NCBI GenBank assembly: GCA_963766295.1
Contig: CAVXYW010000001.1
Coordinates: 735,196 to 799,195 of the forward strand
From: an uncultured Actinomycetes bacterium
GTDB taxonomy: Bacteria; Actinomycetota; JAICYB01
Reading direction: 5' to 3'
Length of the DNA stretch: 64,000 nucleotides
The position numbers and the translations under genes were made by a program. A model generated the notes under the pieces. The model was given only the letters and a program-made list of their open reading frames with translations. It ran no database searches and was not told where the DNA came from. This document shows, piece by piece, positions 46,282-55,424 of the stretch; positions within the stretch are counted from its first letter, which is position 1, and each line of letters starts with the position of its first letter.

Positions 46282-46746
46282 CTGGACGAAGCAGACCGGT
46301 CGGTCGTCGAGCAGCAGCTCGGCCGCCGTTTGCGCGGGCAAGTCCGTGTCGCGCATCGCTGCGCCTGCGGTCTGCCGGCCGTTATCGAGACGCATCCCCT
46401 CGTGGACGGCGAACCGTTCCCCACTTTGTATTGGCTCACTTGCCAGCGAGCTTCGCAGGCCATCGGACGGTTGGAAGCATCGGGTGTGATGCAGGAGGTC
46501 ACGGCGAGGATCCGGACGGACGAGGAGTTCGGCCGGGCCTTCGCCGCCGCCGACGCCGACTACCGGCGACGGCGCGACGGGCTGCACAAGCTCGATGGTG
46601 CCGGCGGCGTCGGCGGCGGCCCGTCCGACCGCGTGAAATGTCTGCACGCCCACTACGCACACCATCTTGTGTGTGAGTGCAACCCAGTCGGCGCGTGGGT
46701 TGCCGAGCAGATCGGCGACGTTCACCGTCCACCGCCGTGCGTTTAG
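46282..46746 (+). CDS. DUF501 family protein (probable CTG start)
   Basis: VEQQLGRRLRG, CACGLP, PFPTLYWLTC, VKCLHAHYAH, NPVG; upstream of ppx. Confidence 0.85.
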   Translation: MDEADRSVVEQQLGRRLRGQVRVAHRCACGLPAVIETHPLVDGEPFPTLYWLTCQRASQAIGRLEASGVMQEVTARIRTDEEFGRAFAAADADYRRRRDGLHKLDGAGGVGGGPSDRVKCLHAHYAHHLVCECNPVGAWVAEQIGDVHRPPPCV

Positions 46747-47666
46747 CTGCGGTCGACGTTGGGACGAACGCCGTACGGCTGTTGGTAGCCGACGTCGACG
46801 GCGCCGAGGTGAGCCTCGTCCTGCGCGACCGCATCTTCACGCGTCTGGGGAAAGACGTTCACAGCACACGCAAGCTCGATCCGAAGAATTCGGCCGCGAC
46901 GTTGGAGGCGATCGAAGGTTTCGTCCGGCGAGCTCGCGAGTCGGGGGCCGAGCACATCCGCATCGCCGGCACGAGTGCATTGCGTGACGCAACAGACGGC
47001 GCCGAGTTCGTGAGTCTGGTTTCCGAGCGAACCGGGATCGGGTTCGGGGTACTCAGCGGTACCGAAGAAGCGCGCATCGGGTTCATCGGTGCCACTTCTG
47101 GGCTCACCGCTTCGGTGCGATCCGATGGTTCCTACGTGGTTTGCGACATAGGCGGCGGCTCCACGGAGCTGACCGTTGGCGATGAGCGTCCAAAGGAATC
47201 GGTTTCTCTCGACGTAGGGTCCGTCCGCGTCACCGAGAGCTGTCTGCATACCGATCCGCCGACGGATCACGAAGTTGCCGAAGCCCGCTCGATGATCGAG
47301 CAGGCCATCGACGCCGGCGGATCCGATCGATTCGTTACCGGGCGCGAGTCCTTTATCGGTATTGGCGGCACGGTTCAAACGGTTGCCGCTCTCGTGCTCG
47401 AGCTGGACGACTACGACTTCGACACGGTGAATCTGTCCACGTCGCGCACCGAAGACGTAGCGAAGATCACGCAGCGGTTGTTGTCCATGAAGGTTGAAGA
47501 GATACGCAAGATGAAAGTCGTCGATGCCGGACGAACGGACGTCATCGCAGCGGGATCGCTGATCCTCCTCGTCCTGATGGAGCGTTGGGGTTTCGCCGAC
47601 GTGCTTGCTTCGGGTCGCGGCATGCTGCACGGCTTGGTGCTCGATCTGGCTCAACAGATAGCCTGA
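46737..47666 (+). CDS. ppx: Ppx/GppA family exopolyphosphatase
   Basis: AVDVGTNAVRL, GTSALRDA, EEAR, DIGGGSTE, GMLHG. Confidence 0.9.
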   Translation: MRLAAVDVGTNAVRLLVADVDGAEVSLVLRDRIFTRLGKDVHSTRKLDPKNSAATLEAIEGFVRRARESGAEHIRIAGTSALRDATDGAEFVSLVSERTGIGFGVLSGTEEARIGFIGATSGLTASVRSDGSYVVCDIGGGSTELTVGDERPKESVSLDVGSVRVTESCLHTDPPTDHEVAEARSMIEQAIDAGGSDRFVTGRESFIGIGGTVQTVAALVLELDDYDFDTVNLSTSRTEDVAKITQRLLSMKVEEIRKMKVVDAGRTDVIAAGSLILLVLMERWGFADVLASGRGMLHGLVLDLAQQIA

Positions 47667-47726
47667 CGCGCGCTAGAAACTACGAGCAACCGGCCGCTTC
47701 GCGGCGAAATCAGTCAGGGGGATCGT

Positions 47727-48491
47727 TTGGCTGCGAATTTCGACATCTCGGACAAGGTCGCCATCGTTACTGGAGGCAACGTCGGCATCGGGCAGGCCAT
47801 CGGCCGCACACTGCTCGAGGCGGGATGCAAGGTCGTGACCTGCTCGCGGCGTGACTACGACTCGCCGCCCGCCGCCGAGGGCCTCGAGGGCGTCGAGGGA
47901 CGTGTGATCCACATGACCTGCGACGTCCGGGAGCCGGATCAGATCCAGGCCGTGGTCGACCGGGCCAAAGGCGAGTTCGGGAGCATCGACATCCTCGTGA
48001 ACAACGCCGGAGGGTCTCCCGGCGCTTCTTCGTCCACGGCTTCGCCCCGGTTCTTCGCCGCGGTCATCGCGATCAACCTGACCGGCGTCCTGGTCTTCAG
48101 CCAGAAGGCGAACGCCTACATGCAGGAGCAGTCCGACGGCGGGACGATCATCAACATCTCCAGCGTGGCGGGACTGGAGGGCGCGGCCTTCTCGGTGGCC
48201 TACGGGGCGTCCAAGGCCGGGGTCATCAACGCGACGCGTTCGCTTTCGCGGGAGTGGGCCCCCAAGGTGCGGGTCAACTGCATAGCTCCGGGCCTGATCA
48301 TGACCGAAGGGGCCGAATACCTCGCCCCCACGGAGGAGGCCAAGAAGGCCATCGCCGCCCGGATCCCCGCGGGGCGGATCGGGGAGGTCAACGAGATCGC
48401 GGACGTCGTCCATTTCCTGGCCTCGCCGGCCGCTCGCTATATGACGGGTGAAACCGTCGTGGTGGACGGAGGAGCCCGCCAGATCGGCTGA
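47727..48491 (+). CDS. Short-chain dehydrogenase/reductase (SDR)
   Basis: TGGNVGIG, LVNNAG, NISS, YGASK, RVNCIAPG, TGETVVVDGG. Confidence 0.92.
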   Translation: MAANFDISDKVAIVTGGNVGIGQAIGRTLLEAGCKVVTCSRRDYDSPPAAEGLEGVEGRVIHMTCDVREPDQIQAVVDRAKGEFGSIDILVNNAGGSPGASSSTASPRFFAAVIAINLTGVLVFSQKANAYMQEQSDGGTIINISSVAGLEGAAFSVAYGASKAGVINATRSLSREWAPKVRVNCIAPGLIMTEGAEYLAPTEEAKKAIAARIPAGRIGEVNEIADVVHFLASPAARYMTGETVVVDGGARQIG

Positions 48492-48720
48492 CCGGCAGTC
48501 ATTTTCGGCCTGACCCTTCCCAGTTGTGGCAGGATAGAAGCAGTATTTGGACGTGTAGCACGGATGGGACCGCGCCCACTTGCTTGGTTCATCAAGCATG
48601 CGAGCCCGCCGTATGACGGAATCGGCCTTCTGAGTGTGAATTTTTACGTAGTAGCGGCCTCGTAGGGGCCCTACGCTGCATTACGACGCAGTGGGTCACT
48701 GCGTCCGGGACCGGCAAGGG

Positions 48721-51700
48721 ATGGATATGAGCGCGAGGGCAAAGCGTTGGGGATGGCGGCGTTTGCTGCCGGTCGTTTGCGTTCTCGCGATCGCCGCCCA
48801 ATTCGGGGCCTTCGGCGGCCGGGCTACCGGGATCGAATACGTCGATATGACGATAAGCAAGTCGGAGCTGGTCGACCCCGTTCGCATCGACGACAACATC
48901 ACCTACCGGCTGGATATTCGGAACAGAGGACTGGAAACGGCTCGTGGCGTAACGGTCACCGATGAACTTCCGGCCGGCGTCGTGTATGTGTCCGCCAATG
49001 CGACGGACGGTGGATCGTGTAGTGGCGGTGGCACAGTCGTGTGTTCGGGCTTCAACTCGTTTTTTCCCGGAGAGTCTGGACGCGTAACGATAGTCGTCAA
49101 GACGACTGCGACCGGCTCGCCTCGCAACGTAGGCCGGGTATCGACCACCGACTACGACTACAACAGCGGCAACAACTCCAGTAGCGAAACCACGACCGTC
49201 CTTCCGCCTCAGTCGGCCAATGTGACGATCTCGAAGTCGGGGCCGAGCGAGGTGACGGTCGAGGACGACTACAACTACGGCCTCAGCGTTCGCAACAACG
49301 GCCCAGATCCCGCGACGAACGTAGTGGTTACCGATCAGCTTCCCAGCGCTGTTTCTTTCCAATCGGCCACGGGTTGTGCGCAGGTTTCCGAGGCGTCCGG
49401 CCTCGTCAGCTGCACGATCGGAGCTCTCGCGGTGAATCAAACAGTGAGCCCGAGCATCACCGTGAGCGCCGACGATTTGACGCCGGAGGCGAAGAACAGC
49501 GCCTCGGTCCAGTGGAGCACCGCGGGGGTCGGCGGCAATGCCGGCTCGAACGAAGTGTCCACCAACATCAAGGCCAAGCCGGTTCCCAAGGCCGATGTCG
49601 CGATAACCAAGTCGGGGCCATCCAGCACCGTCTACAACGGTCAGCAGTTCTCCTACTCGCTGAGCGTCGACAACCTCGAAGGCGATCCGGCCGACAACGT
49701 CAAGGTCACAGATCTCCTGTCGAGCTCGGTTTCCTTCGTTTCGGCCAGCAGTCCGTGCGAAGCCACGACCAATTCCGAAACCGGTGTTACGACCGTCGAG
49801 TGCGAGCTCGGGACATTGGCGGCATCCGACGCGCCCGTTGGGTTGTCGATAACCGTCCAAGCCGACGAAGCCGGGAGGGTCTCGAACTCGGCCACCGTCG
49901 AGACATCCACCGACGAAGGCACCAACACCCCGAACAACACCTCGGACACGGTGCAGGTCGACGTCGAGCCGACGGCCGACGTAAGTGTCGCGAAGGAAGG
50001 CCCGGACAATTCTGTGCGCGCGGGCCAGCCCTACGCCTACGAGCTGACGGTCACCAACGACGGACCCGACGATGCGACCGGTGTCGAAGTCACCGACAAC
50101 CTGCCGGCCGGCGTCTCGGTTCACTCCGAAGGTGTCTGTGACGAGACCAGCGCGGGCGTCGTAAAGTGCGGTCCCGTAGACGTTGCTGCCGGCGAATCTG
50201 AGACTTTCTCCTTCCAAGTCGTGGCCGCGGCGCCGGGGACGGTCAGCAACACGGCCACGGTTTCCACCACTACGCACGAATCCAACACCGGGAACAACAG
50301 CGGCTCGGACAGCACGGTTATCACGCCCAAGCAGGCCGACGTTTCCATAGCCAAGACGGCTTCGGAGGCCGTCGTGACCGGCGAATCGATCACGTACACG
50401 CTCAACGTGTCGAACGCCGGTCCCGACGCCGCCGAAGCCGTGACGGCCGCCGACACGCTTCCAGCCACGGTTTCGTACGCGGGCTCCAACGACGGCTGCT
50501 CGCTCTCGGGTGGGGTCGTCACGTGTGGCTTCGGAGCGGTTGGAGTAGGGCCCGCGAACGCGGAAGCGGCCTCTTTCACCGTTACGGCCAACCAGTCGGG
50601 AACCGTTTCCAACACCGCTACCGTTTCGTCCAGCACGGCCGACCCCAACTCGGGCAACAACAGCGGGTCGGACAGCACGGTTGTGAGCAACCCGCCGCCG
50701 CCGCCCGATGCCGACGTGTCGGCCACGATGTCTGATTCGATCGATCCGGTCACGGTCGGGGGCGCGTTCAGCTACACAATCGGCCTCTCGAATGCGGGGC
50801 CGGGCAATGCGGAAAACATCGAGGTCGTATCGACCCTCTCGGCCGGCCTAAGCCCCGGCGCCGCGCTGCCGACGGGCTGCACGGCCTCCGGGAAGGTCAT
50901 CACGTGCACAGCCTTGGCGTCCCTGGCCAGTGGGGCAGCTTCGCAGCTGACCATTCCTGTGGTTGCCGACGCCGCCGGCTCGCAGAACAACGTGGCCCAG
51001 GTCTCCTCCAACGCCCCCGGCAGGTCGACGAAGACAGCTGGGGCGACGGAGTCGACGACGGTCAACGAGCAACAGCAGGCCGCGCCGCCGCCTCCACCCC
51101 AACAAGAGGAGGAGACGCTTGATGGCTGTCCGACGGCGGCTCGCCACCCTTCAGGCAACCCGAGTGACGGCCTGCTGGCCTTCGTTCCGGCAGCCATCCA
51201 GCTAGAGCAGCAGCGGCGCCGGCGCCTGTCCTTGGTCGATGACGCTCCGGCGCAAAGGCAAAAGAAGAGCAAGCGTTCGCGCTCGAAGGTCATCAAGATC
51301 GTCGCCGTCATCGCCGCGCTGGCTGTCGCCGCGGTGGTCGGAGTCCTGATGCTGACCGGCGGCGACAAGGGCAAGGACTACGCCACCCTTGGTGGAATCG
51401 AAGGCCGCGTCGATCTGCAGAAGCCCGGCGATGGATACGAGCGTGCGCAGAAGGCGTCCACGCTGGACATCGGCGACAAGGTTCGTACCGGAGACGACGG
51501 TCTAGCACGCATCGACTACACCGACGGATCGCTGACCCGCCTCGACCACAACACGACGTTCCAAGTGCAGGAGCTGATCAACAACTCGACGCATAAGTCG
51601 ATCAAGACCAACCTCGACGTCGGACGGGTGTGGCACCGCGTCGAGAAACTCACAAAGCAGGAAGATCGGTTCGAGGTGAAGACTGTGACGGCGGTCGCTA

Positions 51701-52209
51701 CCGTGCACGGGACGACCTTCGTCAACGATTGCCGCTTCCAGAACGGCGGCGAGTGCTCCCACATCACGCTGTTCGGCGACGTCGGAATCCTGACGAAGGC
51801 CGGCGAACAGAGCGTTGTCTCCGGCGGACAGTGCAAGACCGAAGAGGGCGATGAAATCGGTCCCTGCCGTTTCACCCAGGAGGAACTCAAGAACGATCCC
51901 TTCCTCAAGGAAGCGGCGGCGCTCGACATACTCGAGAAGGGCGACGTGATCGTTCTTCCCGACATCTTCGGCAGCAAGAAGGCAGCGTTGGTGCCCGTTG
52001 AGGAAGAGGCAAAGGTTCAGACCGCTCAGGAGATTCCGTCTTCGACGACACCTTCGACCGAAGAACCAGCCTGCCCGACCGGTGAGCCCGCGTCCCGCGG
52101 AACGTCGCTGCCGCTGGCCGGCGCGATCGCTCTGATGGTGATCTTCTTCGGGATCGCCTGGGCGCGCCCGAACCGCAAGTCCGACCCTACGGCCGACAGC
52201 GCCAACTAG
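48721..52209 (+). CDS. Large surface protein: signal peptide, six DUF11-like repeats, internal TM, FecR-like domain, C-terminal TM
   Basis: Repeating ADVxxxK...YxxxVxNxGPxxAxxVxVTDxLP...C-C...NN units; later GDKVRTG..ARIDYTDGS..RLD..T..G..W...VHGT, typical of FecR-like domains. Confidence 0.82.
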   Translation: MDMSARAKRWGWRRLLPVVCVLAIAAQFGAFGGRATGIEYVDMTISKSELVDPVRIDDNITYRLDIRNRGLETARGVTVTDELPAGVVYVSANATDGGSCSGGGTVVCSGFNSFFPGESGRVTIVVKTTATGSPRNVGRVSTTDYDYNSGNNSSSETTTVLPPQSANVTISKSGPSEVTVEDDYNYGLSVRNNGPDPATNVVVTDQLPSAVSFQSATGCAQVSEASGLVSCTIGALAVNQTVSPSITVSADDLTPEAKNSASVQWSTAGVGGNAGSNEVSTNIKAKPVPKADVAITKSGPSSTVYNGQQFSYSLSVDNLEGDPADNVKVTDLLSSSVSFVSASSPCEATTNSETGVTTVECELGTLAASDAPVGLSITVQADEAGRVSNSATVETSTDEGTNTPNNTSDTVQVDVEPTADVSVAKEGPDNSVRAGQPYAYELTVTNDGPDDATGVEVTDNLPAGVSVHSEGVCDETSAGVVKCGPVDVAAGESETFSFQVVAAAPGTVSNTATVSTTTHESNTGNNSGSDSTVITPKQADVSIAKTASEAVVTGESITYTLNVSNAGPDAAEAVTAADTLPATVSYAGSNDGCSLSGGVVTCGFGAVGVGPANAEAASFTVTANQSGTVSNTATVSSSTADPNSGNNSGSDSTVVSNPPPPPDADVSATMSDSIDPVTVGGAFSYTIGLSNAGPGNAENIEVVSTLSAGLSPGAALPTGCTASGKVITCTALASLASGAASQLTIPVVADAAGSQNNVAQVSSNAPGRSTKTAGATESTTVNEQQQAAPPPPPQQEEETLDGCPTAARHPSGNPSDGLLAFVPAAIQLEQQRRRRLSLVDDAPAQRQKKSKRSRSKVIKIVAVIAALAVAAVVGVLMLTGGDKGKDYATLGGIEGRVDLQKPGDGYERAQKASTLDIGDKVRTGDDGLARIDYTDGSLTRLDHNTTFQVQELINNSTHKSIKTNLDVGRVWHRVEKLTKQEDRFEVKTVTAVATVHGTTFVNDCRFQNGGECSHITLFGDVGILTKAGEQSVVSGGQCKTEEGDEIGPCRFTQEELKNDPFLKEAAALDILEKGDVIVLPDIFGSKKAALVPVEEEAKVQTAQEIPSSTTPSTEEPACPTGEPASRGTSLPLAGAIALMVIFFGIAWARPNRKSDPTADSAN

Positions 52210-52220
52210 ACTGGCGCACG

Positions 52221-52305
52221 GCCCGGGTGGCGGAACCGGACATACGCGGGGGACTTAAAATCCTCTGGCCGCTAGGCCATGTGGGTTCGACTCCCACCCC
52301 GGGCA
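52221..52305 (+). tRNA. tRNA-Leu(TAA)
   Basis: GCCCGGG/CCCGGGC acceptor, GGGGA-CTTAAAA-TCCTC anticodon arm, long variable arm, GGTTCGACTCC; TAGACT -10-like box 8 nt upstream. Confidence 0.92.
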
Positions 52306-52351
52306 CGCCGACGTCATGCGGGACCCACAAAGCCTCGAAGACACAAGACAG

Positions 52352-53218
52352 ATGGCCGCCGTCCCTGCGTACTCGGGGCGAGGTCGCCGCATCCTCCTTG
52401 TCGTGTTCCTGGTGGGTGTCGTGGGAGCTCTAGTCGCCGCGGCGGTGTTCTCCGCCGGCTCCAGCGACCCGGGAGCCCAGCTTCGCGTCCGCGAGGAGGC
52501 CGTTGAGGTCCAGCACTCCAATTCGGACTTCACCAAGGCCAAAGAAGGCGAGGACATCCAGACAAGCGACGTCGTCCGGACCGACTCGACGGGACGAGCG
52601 CAGATCGACTACTTCGACGGATCGCTCGTGCGCCTGGACGTCTTCTCGGAGGTTTCGGTGCGGCGCTTGTCCGACGCGAAGGGGGAGCGTCTCATCTCTT
52701 TGGGAGTTAACGCCGGACGCGTGTGGAATCGAGTCGCTCCGTCGACCTCGGAGCGCGGACGATACGAGGTGCATTTCCAGAACGCCGTTGCATCCGTGGA
52801 GGGGACTACGTTCGTGGTCGACTGCAGTCGCGACCTTCACTGTTATGTGCTCGGGATAGACGAGACGACCAACGTAAAAGCCGGAAGCGATGAGCAGGAC
52901 GTCGGTGAGGGCCAATGCGTCGACCTGGTCGGCGAGCAACTCGAGCCCTGCGATGCGAGCGCCCTCGGTTTGATCGACGATTGGATCAGACAAAACCAGG
53001 CCGAGGATCAGCAGCTACAGATAGGAGCGCTACCGACCGTTTCGCCGTCGCCTACAGCGAGTGTTTCGCCGACTCGGCGGCCGCGTTCGTTCGTCCGACC
53101 GACTGCAACGACTGCGCCACCGACGGCTGCGCCGACACCTAAGAAGACACCCGCTAAGACAACGGCTCCGCCCACCACGGCGCCGCCGCCACCGACAGAC
53201 AGTCCTGTACCGACATGA
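52352..53218 (+). CDS. FecR-like domain protein with N-terminal TM and Pro/Thr-rich tail
   Basis: DVVRTDSTGRAQIDYFDGSLVRLD, GRVW, VEGTTF; ATGA overlap with the cyclase gene. Confidence 0.82.
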   Translation: MAAVPAYSGRGRRILLVVFLVGVVGALVAAAVFSAGSSDPGAQLRVREEAVEVQHSNSDFTKAKEGEDIQTSDVVRTDSTGRAQIDYFDGSLVRLDVFSEVSVRRLSDAKGERLISLGVNAGRVWNRVAPSTSERGRYEVHFQNAVASVEGTTFVVDCSRDLHCYVLGIDETTNVKAGSDEQDVGEGQCVDLVGEQLEPCDASALGLIDDWIRQNQAEDQQLQIGALPTVSPSPTASVSPTRRPRSFVRPTATTAPPTAAPTPKKTPAKTTAPPTTAPPPPTDSPVPT

Positions 53219-55068
53219 GACCTTCGTCCTTCGTCACAAAAGTTCTGCTCGCTCTTGGAGCCGGCGTCATCTTCGGCGGCCTGACTTTCGCCGGCTTGTC
53301 CACCGATCAGCTCGCCGGTTTCTCCGATGGACTTAGCGACCGGCTGCAACCGACCGGCAAAGCCGATGAGGACGTCGTCGTCGTGGCGATCGACGAAGAG
53401 GCGATAACGGTCGGTGGTCGGTGGCCGTGGCCGCGCCGTCTGCATGCGGACATAATCCGCAAGCTGAGCGACGCCGGCGCGAAGGTGGTCGCCTACGACG
53501 TCTTGTTCTCCGAGGAGTCAGCGGACGACGCCCTGGTCGCTGAATCGATACGCAGTGCTCAGAACGTAGTTCTGGCCGCGGCAGGTCAGCTCACATGTGA
53601 GCGTGATGCGCCGATATGTACGCCGAAGACGACGATCGCGCTCCCGGCGCGGACCATCGCCGAGGGGATCGCTGAATTGGGTCACGTGGCGGTGAACCCG
53701 GATGACGATCGAGTGGTGCGCAAGTTGCCGCTCGTCGTCGACTCCGAAGGGGAATTCTTACCTTCACTTTCGTTGTCGACCTACGTACTTGCAGAGGGGC
53801 TCGATGCGACGCTCACCCTTCGTCCCGACGCCGTCCAGATCGGGTCCGAGCGGGTCCCGGCTGAGGACCATGCCGCACTGCGCATCGCTTTTGCGCCCGA
53901 GCTTCGGATTGATCAGGAAGATGCACCGGTAGTCTCCGCGGCCGACATCCTCAATGATAAGTACTCGCGCGATCAGATCGACGGAAAGATCGTCTTCGTC
54001 GGCGTTACCGATCCTGCGCTCGGAGATAACCAAGTGACGCCCGTGGCAAAGAGCGTCGAGATGCCCGGTGTGCTCATTCACGCCAACGCCGTTAACACCA
54101 TGCTCAATGGTGCGTTCCTTGAGATTGTCGGCGATTCACGCGTTGCTTTGGCCGCTGGAGCGCTCGCATTTGTCGTCGCGCTCGCGACATTGGTGCTTCC
54201 CGTATCGATCGGACCTGTTGCCGCACTTCTCGCACTCGGCGGGTACGCGTTCTGGTCGGTGATTCAGTTCGACAGTGGCACAGTCCTCAACCTCATCTAT
54301 CCGCCGCTGGCGATCCTCCTTGCTTTCGTCGCTGCACTCGGCTTCCGCTACTTCACTGAGCTGCGCGGGCGCCGAAAAGTCTCGGCTTTGTTCTCGCAAT
54401 ACGTCCCGCGCGGAGTTGCCGCCGACCTCATCTCTTCCGGACGGGTGGAAGACACGATCCGAGGGGAGCGGTTGGAGATCAGCGCGCTCTTCTGTGACCT
54501 TCGAGGGTTCACTGCAACGTCGGCAGATCTCGAACCTACGCAGGTGCGCGATCTGCTCAACGCCTACTACGACGAATGCTCTCAACTGGTCTTCAAGTAC
54601 AACGGCACGCTGATGACGTACATCGGCGACGAGGTTTTCGCTGTGTGGGGTGCTCCCATGCCCGATCCGGACCACGCATCCAAGGCCGTTGCCTGCGCGC
54701 GGGCGATGCAGGAGGCGAACAAAGCGCTCGATGAACGCCTAGCTTCGGACGGTCTTCCGCCCGTGACGTACGGGATCGGTGTCCATTCCGGCGACGTCAT
54801 CGCTGCTCACGTGGGAACCGAGCTCCACCGCCAGTACACGGTGCTCGGCGACACGGTGAACTGCGCGTCGCGGCTATGCACGATCGCCGGAAAGAATGAG
54901 ATCGCCGTATCTCTCGAAACCTACGAACACCTGGACGACAAACCGCCGGCCAAGACGCTTCCCGGTGTGAAGCTCAAGGGTGTCGCACGCGACCTGATCC
55001 CGCACAAACTGTGGCCGGACGAGTTCTGGGACCCGAAGGGCCAGGCGCGCGGCAAACTGGAGGCGTGA
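53215..55068 (+). CDS. CHASE2-domain class III nucleotidyl (adenylate/guanylate-family) cyclase
   Basis: VVAIDEE..GRWPWPR..HA, GHV...D.D.VVR.LPL, DNQVTP..MPGV.IHA (CHASE2); 3 TM; FSQYV; LFCDLRGFT, YIGD, GDTVNCASRL. Confidence 0.9.
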   Translation: MRPSSFVTKVLLALGAGVIFGGLTFAGLSTDQLAGFSDGLSDRLQPTGKADEDVVVVAIDEEAITVGGRWPWPRRLHADIIRKLSDAGAKVVAYDVLFSEESADDALVAESIRSAQNVVLAAAGQLTCERDAPICTPKTTIALPARTIAEGIAELGHVAVNPDDDRVVRKLPLVVDSEGEFLPSLSLSTYVLAEGLDATLTLRPDAVQIGSERVPAEDHAALRIAFAPELRIDQEDAPVVSAADILNDKYSRDQIDGKIVFVGVTDPALGDNQVTPVAKSVEMPGVLIHANAVNTMLNGAFLEIVGDSRVALAAGALAFVVALATLVLPVSIGPVAALLALGGYAFWSVIQFDSGTVLNLIYPPLAILLAFVAALGFRYFTELRGRRKVSALFSQYVPRGVAADLISSGRVEDTIRGERLEISALFCDLRGFTATSADLEPTQVRDLLNAYYDECSQLVFKYNGTLMTYIGDEVFAVWGAPMPDPDHASKAVACARAMQEANKALDERLASDGLPPVTYGIGVHSGDVIAAHVGTELHRQYTVLGDTVNCASRLCTIAGKNEIAVSLETYEHLDDKPPAKTLPGVKLKGVARDLIPHKLWPDEFWDPKGQARGKLEA

Positions 55069-55424
55069 CCGACCAGCCCTCCGAAACCACGGCCCTCGCC
55101 GACCAGCGCTGCGAGGTTTGTCGTCCGGGGATGCCACATCTGTCGGACGAAGAAGCCAGCCGGCTCCTGTCCGAGATCTCTGGTTCTTGGGAGATCCTTG
55201 GCGGCCATGAGAAGCTTCGACGTCGCTTCAAAACCGCAGACTTCGGGGAGTCGATGGCATGCGCGGTGCGGATCGGGTTCGTAGCGGAGGTCGAGGGGCA
55301 TCATCCGGACCTTCACGTCCATTGGGGACGCCTCGTCGTCGACGTGACGACGCACGCAGCCAAGGGCCTGACACGAAACGACTTCGTTCTGGCGGCCAAG
55401 ATCGACCGGCTGCTCAGCAGTTGA
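55065..55424 (+). CDS. Pterin-4-alpha-carbinolamine dehydratase
   Basis: AEVEGHHPDL, TTHAAKGLTRNDFVLAAKID; GTGA overlap with the cyclase stop. Confidence 0.9.
   Translation: MTDQPSETTALADQRCEVCRPGMPHLSDEEASRLLSEISGSWEILGGHEKLRRRFKTADFGESMACAVRIGFVAEVEGHHPDLHVHWGRLVVDVTTHAAKGLTRNDFVLAAKIDRLLSS

Noticed and set aside
48632-48650. Third Rex/CRP site upstream of the DUF11 gene (GTGTGAATTTTTACG)
   Set aside because: Only one half-site matches.
52221-52305. tRNA-Leu as an integration site of a mobile element
   Set aside because: No integrase or transposase and no duplicated tRNA 3' end found by eye in the window.
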